Below, in pieces: positions 38,812-52,504 of a stretch of DNA of 64,000 bases (positions within the stretch are counted from its first letter, which is position 1; every line of letters begins with the position of its first letter). Location: NCBI RefSeq assembly GCF_004010195.1, contig NC_057760.1:3865354-3929353 (forward strand). The letters run 5' to 3'. The DNA comes from Chiloscyllium plagiosum (lineage: Eukaryota). Made by a program: the position numbers and the translations under genes. The notes below the pieces were generated by a model. It worked only from the letters and a program-made list of their open reading frames with translations, was not told where the DNA came from and searched no databases.

Positions 38812-39971
38812 AATGTTCTTTAGAGGAGTAATATTGGCCAGGAACTTGCCTCTATTTAAGGTCTCATCTAAAAGATGTTTCCGCACATTCACTAGGTACT
38901 CCATTGGACTGTCATGGTCAGCCTAGAATCTTGTGCTCCAGTCCGGGAAGGAGGAGAGTCCTCTGAGGGCACAAAGCATCACGATAACTAAGCACCTGAA
39001 TTATGACTCTAATGGTTCTCTGGTAGATCTACCGCTTAATTCCATTTCTCCCACTCTCTGCATAGAACCCTGCATTTATTAACTTCTGTGTTTATCCAGT
39101 TATCTTTTGGATGTTTTGTGTGTTTTATTTAGTATCAACATTTCATATAATTTCAATGGGCTTACTACATTGCAATTTGTAAAATAAGTAATGCGAGGGA
39201 TCAAAATGGTTACATTTTCTCAAATGAAAGCAAAATCTTGTAGATGCTGGAAATGTGAAGTTTAAAAGAAAAAAGGTGCAGCAAAATACTCAGCCAGTTT
39301 GGCAGCACAGGTGTAGAGAATGAACAGAGCTAATGTTGAGTCAGTACAATTGTGGAAGAAGGAAGATCGAAATTTGGTTTTATGCCTCAACTGGAGCAGT
39401 GGCAGGCAATGGTTGGTGTGTGCTCAAGAATAGGGTGAAGGTCAATCGAAGTGAAATAACAAACTTGTGATAGAACAAAACACAAAAGGGAAGTAAAGCA
39501 GCAAATTATTTATTCAGTCTTTGTGTGAAAACTCTGAATATATTAGAGGGAGAGAGACTGGAATATGGTGGAAGAAAACAAAGAGGAGCATGTAGATTGA
39601 AGGAAGCATCTGATCTATCAGAAATACAAGCAGTTACTACTACAAATGTGGGGACAATTAATGATTTATTTTAAAAAAAGTAACCCCCTGTGGGAACACT
39701 CGGGTTTATCATGTCACAGTCCTCCATAATGCACACACAAATCACCAAGGTACCTCAAACTCTAGCCATCACAGTTCACCAGCTAAAAATACAAGCTAGA
39801 ACCAAACAGTAACAACAGCTTTTCATCACATTTTTATCCCTCCTCTACCCTCTTGAAAATTCCAGGTCTCTTAACGGTTGACTTGAATTGAATTTATTGT
39901 CACGTGTACCGAGGCAGTGAAAAACTTTGTCTTCCGAGCAATACACATAGTTAAGTAGCATAGATAAGTAA

Positions 39972-42885
39972 ATAAGAACATAAGATATAGGAGTGGAAGC
40001 AGGCCATTCATCCCATTGAGTCCACTCCACCATTTAATCATGGCTGATGGGCCATTCAACTCCACTTACCTGCTCTCTCCCCGTAGCTCTTAATTCCTTG
40101 CCAGATCAAGAATTTGTCAATTTCTGCCTTGAAGACCCCCAATGACCCGGCCTCCACTGCGCTCCGTGGCAACGAATTCCACAGGCCCACCACTCTCTGG
40201 CTGAAGAAATGTCTCATTTCTGTTCTAAATTGATCCCCTCTAATTTTAAAGGCTGTGCCCACGGGTCCTAATCTCCCTGCCTAATGGAAACAACTTCCCA
40301 GTGTCCACCCCTTCTAAGTCACACATTATCTTCTAAGTTTCTATTAGATCTCCCCTCAACCTTCTAAACTCTCATGAATACAATCACATGTTAGGCCTAC
40401 CATTCCAGGGATCATCCGTGTGAATCTCTGCTGGACACGCTTCAGTGCAGTATGTCCTTCCTGAGGTGTGCGGCCCAAAATTGGAGTCAGTATTCTAAAT
40501 CGGGCCTAATTAGAGCTTTATAAAATATCAGTAGCACATCGCTGCATTTATATTCCAACCCTCTTGAGATAAATGATAATATTACATTTGCTTTCTTAAT
40601 CACGGAATCTACCTGCAAATCAACCTTTAGAGATTCCAGGACTAGCACTCCCACATCCCTTTCTACTTTGGCTTTATGAATTTTCTCACCGCTTAAAAAA
40701 AATACTCCATGCCTGTATTCTTTCTTCCAAGTACAAGACCTCGTATTTGCTCACATTGAATTTCATCAGCCATTTCCTGGACCACTCTGCTAAACCGTGT
40801 AAATCTTTCTACAGCTTCCCCACTTCCTCAGTACAACCTGCCTGTCCACCTAACTTTTTTTTAAATCATTGGCAAAATTTTCCAGAATGCCCCCTTTCAT
40901 TAATATATAAAGCGAACAGCTGCGGCCCCAACACTGAACCCTGTGGAACCCTACTTGTCACCAGCTGCCATTCCAAAAAAGAACCTTTTATCCCAACTCT
41001 CTGCTTTCTGTCAGTCAGCCAATCCATGCCAGTAGCTCACCTCGAACACTATGGGACCTCACCTTACTCAGCAGCCTCCCGTGAGGCACCTTATCAAAGG
41101 CCTTTTGGAAGTCTGGATAGATGACATCCACTAGGTTTCCCTGGTCTAAACTACTTATTACCTCTTCAAAGAATTCTAACAGATTTGTCAGGCACAACCT
41201 CCCCGTACTAAATCCATGCTTACTTGGATGCTGACCTGCACTTCCAAGAATTTAGAAATTTCATCCTTAATGATGGATTCTAGAATTTTACCTACAACCA
41301 AGGTTAGGCTAATTGGCTTATAATTTTCCATCTTTTGTCTTGATCCTTTCTTGAACAAGGGGGTTAACAAGTGATTTTCCAGTAATCTGGGATTTTCCCT
41401 GACTCCAGTGATTTTTGAAAGACCACAGTCAGTGCCCCCACTATTTCCTCAGCCACCTCTCTCAGAACTCTAGGATGTAGCCCATCGGGGCCCAAGAGAT
41501 TTATCGATTTTTAGATCTTATAGTTTTTCTAGTACTCTCTCTTTTGTAATGGCTACCATACTCAACTCTGCGCCCTGACTCTCCTTAATTGTTGGTATAT
41601 TACTAATGTCTTCCACTGTGAAGACTGACACAAAATACTTATTAAGTTCCTCAGCTATTTCCTTACCTCCCAGCACTAGCCTTCCTGCATCAATTTGGAG
41701 CAGCCCAATTTCTACTTTTGCTTCTCATTTGTTTCTTATATATTGTAAGAAATTTTTGCTATCATTTCTAATATTACTGGTGAGCTTACCTTCATATTTG
41801 ATCCTCTCCTTCCTTATTTCTGTTATCCTCTGTTTGTATTTGTAGTCTTCCCAATCTTCTGATTTCAGTGCTCTTGGCTACTTTATAGGTTCTCTCTTTT
41901 TCTTTGATACATTTCCTGACTTCCTTTGTCACCATGGCGGTCTAACCCCCACCCCAGATAATTTTTCTTTTCTTTGGGATGAAGCTCTGTACTGTGTCCT
42001 CAATTATACCCAGAAACTCCTGCCATTATTGCTCTATTGTCTTCCCCACTGGGCTCTGCTTCCAGTCGATTTTTGTCAGTTCCTCTCTTATGCCCTTGTA
42101 ATTACCTTTATTTAACTGTAACACCATTACATCCAATTTTGCCTTCTCGCTTTCAAACTGCAGACTGAACTTTACCATAGTATGATCGCTGCCTCCTAAG
42201 TGTTCCCTTACTTTAAGATCTTTTATAAAGTCTGGCTCATTACATCGAACTAAGTCCAGAATAGCCTGCTCCCTTGTGGGCTCCATCACAAGCTGTTCCA
42301 AAAAGCCATCCTGTAAGCATTCCATGAATTCCCTTTCTTTGGATCCACTGGCAACATTATTCATCCAGCCCACCTGCTATTTCCTGGTACATTTTGCATC
42401 CCTGGTCCTGACCACTACTGGGAGATCTGTACATAACCCCGTTATGGTTTTTTTGCCTTTGTGGTTCGACTCCACATCATCTGTCATTCAGTGCCATAGA
42501 TTTAATCTAATTCTTAACTAAAAGGCAATCCCGCTCCCCTGCCCACCTCCCTGTCTTTTCGATAAGTTGTAAATCCTTGAATGTTTAACTGACAGTCCTG
42601 AAACCCCTGCAACCAAGTCTCTATGATGCCTATCACATCATAATCATTCATGATGCTTTGTGCCGTTAATTCATCTGCTTTGTTAGGAATACTATGAGCA
42701 TTTAAATAAAGCGCCTTAATGCTAATCCTCATGATTTCCAACATCTCTAGTAATATGTCCTAAGTTATCATTCCTTTTTGCTTCATTCTGAGCCTGCCTT
42801 GAACTTAAACCCTGCACACATGCTAACCTTTTGCTTATCTTTCTACTGGACTCCATACTCCCTGTTGCTTTCCCTTTCCCCCGAC
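39972..42885 (-). mobile_element. CR1-type LINE (subfamily C) ORF2 remnant from endonuclease start to 3' tail
   Basis: ALYLNAHSI (EN start), REHLGGSDH, CLTNLLEFFEEV and FFSQRVVGLWNSLP motifs. Confidence 0.88.
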
Positions 42886-42889
42886 TCAA

Positions 42890-44230
42890 GTTTAGGTAAC
42901 AGCAGCAAAAACAAAAACACAGGTACAGGCGAATGTTAAGAGTTTGTGAGTCCATTCAGTATTCTAACAACAGTAGGGTAGAAACTGATTTGAAACCGGC
43001 TGATGCGTATATTCAGGCTTCTGTACCTTCTCCCCAATGGTAGAGGTTGTAGAAATGCATTGCCAGAGTGGGATGGATCTTTTAGAATGCTGACGGCCTT
43101 TCCTTGACAGTGGGCCTGGTAGGTGGATTCTATAGGTGGGAGGTTGGCCTTTGTGATTGTCCAGGCTGAGTTCACACTCTCCATAACCACCTCCAATGTT
43201 GAATGGTACAGTTGCCATACCAGGTAGTGATACATCCAGACAGAATACTCTCAATGGCGCACCTATAAAGGTTGGCAAGGGTATTTGCTATCATGCCTGT
43301 GGGTCAGGAAACTGAGGATCCAGTCGCAGAGAGTGGGGCTTAGTCCAAGATCACTAACTTTAGTAATCAGTCTCGAAGGGATAATAGTGTTGAAGGCTGA
43401 ACCGTAGTCAATGAGAAGGATTCTTACATAGCTGTCCTTGGTGTCAAGATGTTCGAGGGAGGAGTGAAGGGCAAGTGCTATGGCATCTGGTGTGGATCTG
43501 TTGGTCCAATAGGCAAATTGGAGTGGGTCAAGAGTAGTGGCAAGGCTGGAGTTGATTAATGCCACTAGATGGTAGTCATTGAGACATGCTGCATGAGCCT
43601 TCTTAGGCACAGGGATGATGTTTTTAGATTAGATTAGATTACTTACAGTGTGGAAACAGGCCCTTCGGCCCAACAAGTCCACACCGACCCGCCGAAGCGT
43701 AACCCACCCATACCCCTACATTTACCCCTTTACCTAACACTACGGGCAATTTAGCATGGCCAATTCACCTAACCTGCACATCTTTGGACTGTGGGAGGAA
43801 ACCGGAGCCCCCGGAGGAAACCCACGCAGACACGGGGAGAACGTGCAAACTCCACACAGTCAGTCGCCTGAGTCGGGAATTGAACCCGGGTCTCTGGCGC
43901 TGCGAGGCAGCAGTGCTAACCACTGTGCCACCGTGCCGCCCTCTTGAAACAGGCAGGGACAGTGGTCTGCTGCAGGCAGAGGTTGGAGATGTCCGAGAAG
44001 ATCTCTGCCAGTTGATCTGTGTGTGCTCTGAGTGCATGGCCTGGTACTCCATCTGGTCCCATCGCTTTCCTTGGGTTCACGCAAAGGAAAACTGATCTGA
44101 TGTCTGATGCAGTGACTGTTGGGATAGGTCTGTCAGGACTTGTCGGAATAGGTGTTACCTCTCCGCTGAAATTCTGCTGAAAGCAAGCATTGGAGCATTG
44201 AAAGTGTTGAGACGATCTGGGAGGTATGTC
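42890..44230 (-). mobile_element. Rex1/Babar-like LINE remnant (putative 3' tail displaced to 39880-39970)
   Basis: [48 protein letters not shown] signature. Confidence 0.8.
43624..43940 (-). mobile_element. Full-length young HE1-like V-SINE nested in the Rex-like LINE
   Basis: A/B-box tRNA head, V-domain, (taatc)n tail; interrupts CFKR|TIIPVPKK. Confidence 0.93.
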
Positions 44231-44349
44231 TGTTATCTTACACTCTTTTTAGAACCTGTGATGCCATGTAGTTTACACCTATTTTTGACCCAAATACGTT
44301 ATTCTTCAGAACAGCAACTGACAGGAAAGTGTTTCAGCCACATGAACAC

Positions 44350-45425
44350 TTCTCCAGAAGACCTCATAGTAGACTGGTTAGCAAGGTTAGATCAGATGGA
44401 TTACAGGGAGAAGAAGCCATTTGGATACAGAACTGCCTTGAAGGCAGAAGATGGAGGGTTGTTTTTCAGACTGAAGGCCTGTGAACAGTGGTGTGCCACA
44501 AGGATCAGTGCTGGGTCCACTACTTTTCGTCACTTACTTGAATGATTTAGATGTGAACATTGGAGGAATAGTTAGTAAGTTTGCAGGTGACATCAAAATT
44601 GGAAGTGTAACGAACAGGGAAGAAGGTTACCTTAGAATACAATGGGATCTTGTTCAGATGGGCCATTGGGCCCAAGACTGGCAGATGGAGTTTAATTTAG
44701 ATAAATGTGAGGTGCTGCATTTCGGAAAAACAAATCAGGGCAGGACTTATATTATTCACAGTAAGGTCCTGGGGAGTGCTGCTGAACAAAGAGACCTTGG
44801 ATAGTAGGTTCATAGTTCCTTGAAAGTGGAGTTACAGGTAGATAGAATAGTGAAGGCAGCTTTTGGTATGCTTTCCTTTCTTGGTCAGAGTATTGAGTAT
44901 AGGAGTTGGGAGGTCATGTTGCAGCTGTACAGGACATTGGTTAGACCATTTTTGGATATTGCATACAATTCTGGTCTCCCTCCTATCGGAAGGATGTTGT
45001 AAAAGGATTGCAGGGTTTAAGCTGTAGGTAGAGGCTAAATAGGCTGGGGATGTTTTCCATGCAGCGTCAGAGGCTGAGGAGTGACCTTTGAGAGCTTTAT
45101 AAAATCACGAGGGGCATGAATAGGGTAAATAGACAAGGTCTTTTCCCTGGGATGGGAGAGTCCAGAATAAGAGGGAAAAGATATAAAAGGGGCACAAGGG
45201 GCAACATTTTCACGCAGATGGTGGTGCGTGTATGGAATGAGCTGTCAGAGCAAGTGGAGGAGGCTGGTACAATTATACCCATCCAGATGCCTTTTGAATG
45301 CTAAATGAATAGGAAGGAGTTAGAAGGATATGGGCCAAATGCTGGCAAGTGGAACTAGATTAATTTGGGATATCTGGTGGGCATGGACAAGTTGGAGCAA
45401 AGGGTCTGTTTCCATGCTGTATACC
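44350..45425 (+). mobile_element. CR1 LINE RT-to-3' fragment
   Basis: [14 protein letters not shown] and KFAGDIK motifs. Confidence 0.9.
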
Positions 45426-45514
45426 TCTATAATATATCACTGTGTAATTACTTGTGTCTTTATCTTTTCAATGGTTATGTCCACATCCAGGTGCCCCTGT
45501 CAGAGGATTCATTT

Positions 45515-47927
45515 AGAGTCAGAGTCATAGAGATGTACAGCATGGAAACAGATCTTGCAGTCCAACCTGTCCATGCCAGCCAGATATCCCAACCCAATCT
45601 AGTCCCACCTGCCAGCACCCGGCTCATATCCCTCCAAACCCTTCCTATTCATATACCCATCCAAGTGCCTCTTAAATGTTGCAATTGTATCAGCCTCCAC
45701 CACTTCCTCTGGCAGCTCATTCCATACACGTACCACCCCTCTGTGTGAAAATGTTGCCCCTTAGGTCTCTTTTATATCTTTCCCCTCTCACCCTAAACCT
45801 ATACCCTCTAGTTCTGGACTCCCCAACTCCAGGGAAAAGAGTTTGCCTATTTACTCTATCCATGCCCCTCATAATTTTGTAAACCTCTATAAGGTCACCC
45901 CTCAGCCTCCAATGCTCCAGGGAAAACAGCCCCAGCCTGTTCAGCCTCTCCCTATAGCTCAAATCCTCCAACCCTGGCAACATCCTTGTAAATCTTTTCT
46001 GAACCCTTTCAAGTTTCACAACATCTTTCCCATAGGAAGGAGACCAGAACTGCACACAATATTCCAACAGTGGCCTAACAAATGTCCTGTACAGCGGCAA
46101 CATGACCTCCCAACTCCTGTACTCAATACTCTGACCAATAAAAGAAAGCATACCAAACACCTTCTTCACTATCTTATCTACCTGCGACGCCACTTCTCAG
46201 CCCATTGGCCCATCTGGTCAAGATCCTGTTGTAATCTGAGGTAACCCTCTTCGCTGTCCACTACACCTCCAATTTTGGTGTCATCTGCAAACTTACTAAC
46301 TGTATCTCTTATGCTCGCATCCAAATCATTTATGTAAATGACAAAAAATAGAGGACCCAGCACCGATCCTTGTGGCACTCCACTGGTCACAGGCCTCCAG
46401 TCTGAAAAGCAACCCTCCACCACCATTCTATGTCTTCTTCCTTTGAGCCAGTTCTGTATTCACATGGCTAGTTCTCCCTGTATTCCTGAGATCTAACCTT
46501 GCTAATCAGTCTCCCATGGGAACCTTGTCGAATGCCTTACTGAAGTCCATATAGATCACATCTACTGCTCTGCCCTCATCAATCCTCTTTGTTACTTCTT
46601 CAAAAAACTCAATCAAGTTTGTGAGACATGATTTCCAATGCACAAAGCCATGTTGACTATCCCTAATCAGTCCTTGCCTTTCCAAATACATGTACATCCT
46701 GTCCCTCAGGATTCCCTCCGATAACTTGCCTACCACCGTCAGGCTCACTTGTCTATAGTTCCCTGGCTTGTCCTTACCACCCTTCTTAAACAGTGGCACC
46801 ACGTTTGCCAACCTCCAGTCTTCCGGCACCTCACCTGTGACTATCGATGATACAAATATCTCAGCAAGAGGCCCAGCAATCACTTCTCTAGCTTCCCACA
46901 GAGTTCTCAGGTACACCTGATCAGGCCCTGGGGATTTATCCACCTTTGCCCATTTCAAGCCATCCAGCACTTCCTCCTCTGTAATCTGGACATTTTGCAA
47001 GATGTCACCATCTATTTCCCTACATTCTATATCTTCCATGTCCTTTTCCAAAGTAAATACTGATGCAAAATTCTCATTTAATATCACCCCATTTTCTGTG
47101 GCTCCACACAAAAGCTGCCTTGCTGATCTTTGAGGGGCCGTATTCTCTCCCTAGTTACCCTTTTGTCCTTAATGTATTTGTAAAAACCCTTTGTATTCTC
47201 CTTAATTCTATTTGCCAAAGCTATCTCATGTCCCCTTTTTGCCCTCCTGATTTCCCTCTTAAGTATACTCCTACTGCCTTTATACTTCTAAGAATTCACT
47301 TGATCTATCCTGTCAATACCTTACATATGCTTCCTTCTGTTTCTTAACCAAACCCTCAATTTCTTTAGTCATCCAGCATTCCCTATACCTACTAGCTTTT
47401 CCTTTCACCATGACAGGAATATACTTTCTCTGGATTTGCGTTATCTCATTTCTAAAGGCTTCCCATTTTCCAGCCGTCCCTTTACCTGCGAACATCTTGC
47501 CTAATACTGCCAAAATTGGTCTTTCTCCAATTTAGAACTTCATCTTTTAGATCTGGTCTACCCTTTTCCATCACTATTTTAAATCTAATGGAATTATGGT
47601 CGCTGGCCCCAAAGTGCTCCCCCACTGACACCTCAGTCACCTGCCCTGCCTGATTTCCCAAGAGTCAGTCAAGGTTTCCACATTCTCTAGTAGGTCCATC
47701 CACATACTGAATCAGAAAATTGTCTTGTGCATACTTAACAAATTCCTCTCCATCTAAACCTTTAACACTATGGCAGTCCCAGTCGATGTTTGGAAAGTTA
47801 AAATCCCCTGCCATAACCACCCTATTATTCTTACAGATAGCTGACATCTCCTTACAAGTTTGTTTCTCAATTTCCCTCTGACTATCAGGGGGTCAATAAT
47901 GCAATCCCAATAAGGTGATCATCCCTT
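45515..47927 (-). mobile_element. CR1 LINE (subfamily B) endonuclease-to-3' remnant
   Basis: GDFNFPNIDW, KSPGPD, PGNYR, KFADDTK motifs and 3' tail. Confidence 0.93.
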
Positions 47928-48229
47928 AACCTGGTACTTCTCCTATTCCCAGATCCCTCCTTTCCCATGAACATAAGAACTCTTTTAACAATCATGAGCA
48001 ACTTTGCAATGCAGTTTGAGTTCAAAACAATCGACATCACAGAAATAGGATATTCGACCCATCAAGTCTGTGTTAATTCTTTCACAGAAAAAACCAGTCA
48101 GTTCTCCTACTGTGCAACATGCTATTTCCCCAGTTTTTTCTCCAAGTATTTCTCCAATTTCATTTTGAACACTAATTTGGACCAACTTCATCTCATTAAT
48201 CAGTGCTTTCTAAGTCTTAACCAATTTGT

Positions 48230-48535
48230 GGCAGCATGGTGGCTCAGTGGTTAGCACTGCTGCCTCACAGTGCCAGGGACCCGGATTCAATTCCCACCTT
48301 GGGTAACGGGTCTGTGTAAAGTTTGCACATTCTCTCTGTGTCTGCGTGGGTTTCCTCCCACAGTCCAAAGATGTGCAGGTTAGGTGAATTGGCCATGTTA
48401 AATTGACGGTAGTGTTAGGTGCACTTGTCAGGGGTGAATGTAGGGAAATGGGTCTGGCTGGATTGCTCTTCGCAGGGTCGGTGTGGACTTGTTGGGTCGA
48501 AGGGCCTGTTTCCACACTGTGGGGAATCTAATCTA
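48230..48535 (+). mobile_element. HE1-like V-SINE
   Basis: tRNA head, V-domain and tail. Confidence 0.9.
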
Positions 48536-50849
48536 TTTTCTCAAGCCATCTGATTCTTTGGTCAACCAATTTACAAGTTTAATCAGATGGCCTGAATTTT
48601 CAATCTTTCAGCCATTTGAATCAATTATTCTATCCACACCCATCATTCTCTGAAACATGCAGTTGATGAGGTTCAAGTTGAAGACAGACATGTGATTGAA
48701 GAGGTTTTGCAAAATGTTCTCTCCAATGAGCACTGCAACCCTTCCGTCCTTGCTGAGCTCCCTTCCATGCTTGGCCCATATCATCTTGATAGTCCTGAAG
48801 AAACTGTGAAAGTTAATGGTGTTTATATGTTGCTACATTGGCTGCATGTTGGAAGCAGGTCAGAAAGGGTGCATGAGGCTGATTCCTACGATGAGGAATG
48901 TCTTATAATCAGATTCAGCAGGGTAGGCCTATATTCATTTAGAAGAATGAGAGGTAATTTTATTGAAATATACAAGATACTGAGTAGGAGGCTGATTCAC
49001 CTTGGAATCTGGAACTAAGAAATCTCCCATTTAAGACAAATGAGGACTTCATTTTCTTAAGAATCATTAAGCATTGCAATTCTGTTAACCTGGGCATTGG
49101 AGGTTACATCATTGATTATCTTCAGGGCTGACAGAGAGCTTTTGATTGACAGAAGAAGTCCTAACTGCCATGTTTACCTGGTCTGACCTATAAGTGACTC
49201 CAGACCCACAGTAATGTGATTGAATCTTAACATCCGTCTGGACAATTAAGGATAAACTATAAATGCTGGCCTGGCCAGTGACCCCCTCATCTCATGAATG
49301 AATTAAAAAAAAGTCAGTGGGGGAAATATTACTGCTAGACTATCAGTCCAGTGACTCAGATAATACCCTTGAGAACTCGAATTTGAATTCTGCCATGCAG
49401 ATAGTGGAATTTGAATTCAATAAAAAGAAAATATGGAAAAAATAGACTAACAATGAATACGAAACATTTGTCGATTGGCAGAAAAACCCATCCGATTGAC
49501 TAATATTCTTCAGGGAAGGAAATCTGCCATCCTTACCTGGCCTGGCTGATATGCGACTCCAGACCAGCCTCTGGGCAACTGGGGAGAAAGGCCAACTTTG
49601 AAATCTTTCATCTTAATTTCTTGCAGCATTACTTGTGTGGCCTTGGACATTTTGAAGCTTTGTTGATTGGAGATTGTAGGTCAGATAAAGCTGGTGATTA
49701 TAGCAGCAGCCTTCGATTTCTGTTATGCTGTGGGTCATGTGAATATCCCTGCGATTTCTAGTTCCAATGAGAACAAAATTAAATAGCTGCCAGCGTTGCC
49801 CAGAGGTCTTGTGTTTGATCCACTGATGGAAGGTCTTTCCAAAAGAAAGGTGCACCTTGTCTTGTGCCTTCAAATTGCCTCCTCCTGCATGTAGTGTCTC
49901 CAGTGGGAGCTGTGGTTACGTGCAGTGAGAGCTGGTGGTAGCGCTCAGGCCTCTACCTATTGAGGCTGGTGAAGGCGCAAACATCCCAAACTTCATTGTG
50001 ACAAGTGGGCAATATCTGTGCACAATTTGTCTTAATAATGGAAGGCCTTTGCAAACTAATTGTCACATGATCCAACAGCAAGTAGATTTCAAGAAAACTG
50101 GAGACCAGGTTCTGCTGTGAGATATCAGCATAAACTATGCAGATCATACACAGGTACAAATGACCCTTTACAATGAGAGCAGGTTATTGTTACATCAACT
50201 GAAGAGGCTGGACTGAGGGCTGACTACCTCATGTCATGTTGCCTTAACATGCCAGACTGCACAAAATTTCCCTTCACTCCCAGTGACCTCAGTTTTGCTT
50301 GATGTCACTTGTAAATGTTAGCTGAAACTTCAATAATTAATAAACCCTGGCAAACCCTTGACTGGACATTGTGGACTATGCAACAATGTGACAAATTTAC
50401 CACAAACAGCCCTGAATACCTGTGCAAATAGAACCCCAGGAGGAAGACAGAGTTATTAAAACTTGTTGTAAGTGATGTTTACGTTGCTGTTTTAACTCAG
50501 CATAGGAAGGTTAGGGTTAGGCACCAGGCAACGTACAAAGTGACACTTGGCCAGTGCCAAGGAGCTTATTGGTCTGTGGAGTGGTGACCAGTTGTTAATG
50601 ACAAAGGCCTTCTGTATGCCAACTGTTAAACAGATCCTGGAGAAGTGAGATTCATGAATAGCAAGTTCTGACAAGCAAAAGGATCATCTCAATGAACCAC
50701 AGACAGGGACTGCAAACTACCTTCTCCCTGCACCCATAACAGCAATGTCTGTGTGTTTGACAGCAATTAGAAGAGTAGTTATAAACTAATGGTTCGTAAT
50801 TGTTTAACTGCAGCTAGAATCTATTCATTTGTAATAAATTATAAGAGCA

Positions 50850-51085
50850 AGAATGCGCATATAAGAGTGTGTGTGGGTAGAGTGCAGATATGAGAGTGAA
50901 TGAGTGCAGGTATGAGTGTGTGTGTAGGTATACAGCACAGGTATGAGTGAGAGAATGTATGCAGGTACAGAGCGCGAACATGACAGCGAGAGCGCAAGCA
51001 AGAATGCAGGAGTGAGTGAAAGTGCAGTATGCATGTGAGCGAGAAAGCAGGACGACAGAAGCATGTACAAGAGTGAGTGTATGTG
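50850..51085. repeat. Low-complexity GT/GA/GC-alternating tract
   Basis: Decayed (gt/ga)n microsatellite. Confidence 0.7.
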
Positions 51086-52399
51086 ACAGCCTGGCGGTTG
51101 TGTCCATGTGTCAGTCCATCTCTTTCCCTAGCCTGCAATGAAGACATTTTTTTCAGCTTCAAACAATAACGAAGCATTGCTGAACCTAACTCCATGGATT
51201 ACCCAGTTTTGAAAATATTAGCATGCTACTGTCAATGATAAATCACAACATTCTATCTGAATAACCAATTCAGTGCCAATAGAGCATTTCTTCATACACC
51301 TGTAGGACTCTACCACTGCCTACTGAACAGGACTTTCCCTCTCGGCTGACTTCTTTATTTGTAAGGGAATAAGACAAATCTGAGTTTTATGGAAAAATAA
51401 TTTTTCAATTGTAAGGCAGTGATACCCCAGATTCCTGCCAGCTTTCAAATAACTACTTGGAAAATGAAGGACATCCCTACGTGACTCCCTGTCCTAACCT
51501 TACATATTCCTGCCTTCCAAACTGGCAATAGCCTCCCACCCAGTCCAAATATGGTCAGGTCAATTGCAAAGCCTCTATACCTCATCCGGCTGAGATGAGC
51601 AAAGTTAAGTAATTCATATTGGGATATTCCTTGAGGATACGTGGCTCAAAATTATATCAGTGTACTGTCAGGCAGAAGGAATAATGAGAGAATGGCAGAA
51701 AAGCTATTTACAACACAAGTTAAATTTCTCACAAACACTTTGTAAAAGATCAAGTACACAGATTATTGACACGAGATTTTATACACGTGACGAGGGCAGC
51801 TTCAACCTCCTCTTTACACACATCAAATACCGACAAGCCTATTACTGCTTGCCAGGAACAATACACATACAATAGGCTCTAAACAAATTTTCAAATCAGA
51901 TGCAGAGTATTGGCACTCATTTGTACCACAGCCTCACAGTTTAATTATTTACTTAGTAACTAAGTATAAATAGAACAGGAAACAAGCCTTACCATGAAAT
52001 ATAGTTGAAAATCTAAGTGCTCCCATAGCTAATTCTGTGCTGGGGTACAGTTTATATCTGGGGCAAAAACTGCTACATTAACGTGGAATAGTTTAGTATT
52101 AAAGGATTTTTCTGTTCAATCTCCCACTGACCAAGGCAATTAGAATCTTTCTTCTCCCCAAATACTTCCTGCTCAAGAGGGATGTGGCAGTGTGGGGCTG
52201 ATATTTCTTTTGGGATCTGTTTGCACAATGACTTACTGACAAGCAGCTTACTGATTTGCCATGGTTTTATATGGGTGAGGAGATAGTTGCAGGGAAGTGA
52301 AGAAAGATATCGCAGAATCAATTGGCTTTAAGTTCATTGATGATGACCATTGCTTCAACAGTAAGGAGATGAGTTGTTCATGTATTACATTGTTGTCTC

Positions 52400-52504
52400 G
52401 TGGATGTAGGTTTGCTTGCTGAGCTGGAGGGCTTGTTTTTCAGCTCAGTAAGCAAATTTACATCTAGAACCTCAACCTGACTACAAATCTTCTCAAAGCT
52501 CGCT
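52400..52504. mobile_element. Short hairpin insert (Penelope-type terminus with inversion) with 11-bp TSD
   Basis: attgttgtctc at 52389-52399 and 52505-52515; arms gatgtaggtttgcttgctgagctg and cagctcagtaagcaaatttacatc. Confidence 0.7.

Noticed and set aside
43860..43940. tRNA-like sequences at SINE heads (also near 48230, 54940, 62176)
   Set aside because: They continue into V-domain and LINE-like tails; SINE heads, not tRNA genes
50814..51195. His/Thr/Cys-rich ORFs
   Set aside because: Translations of a decayed dinucleotide microsatellite
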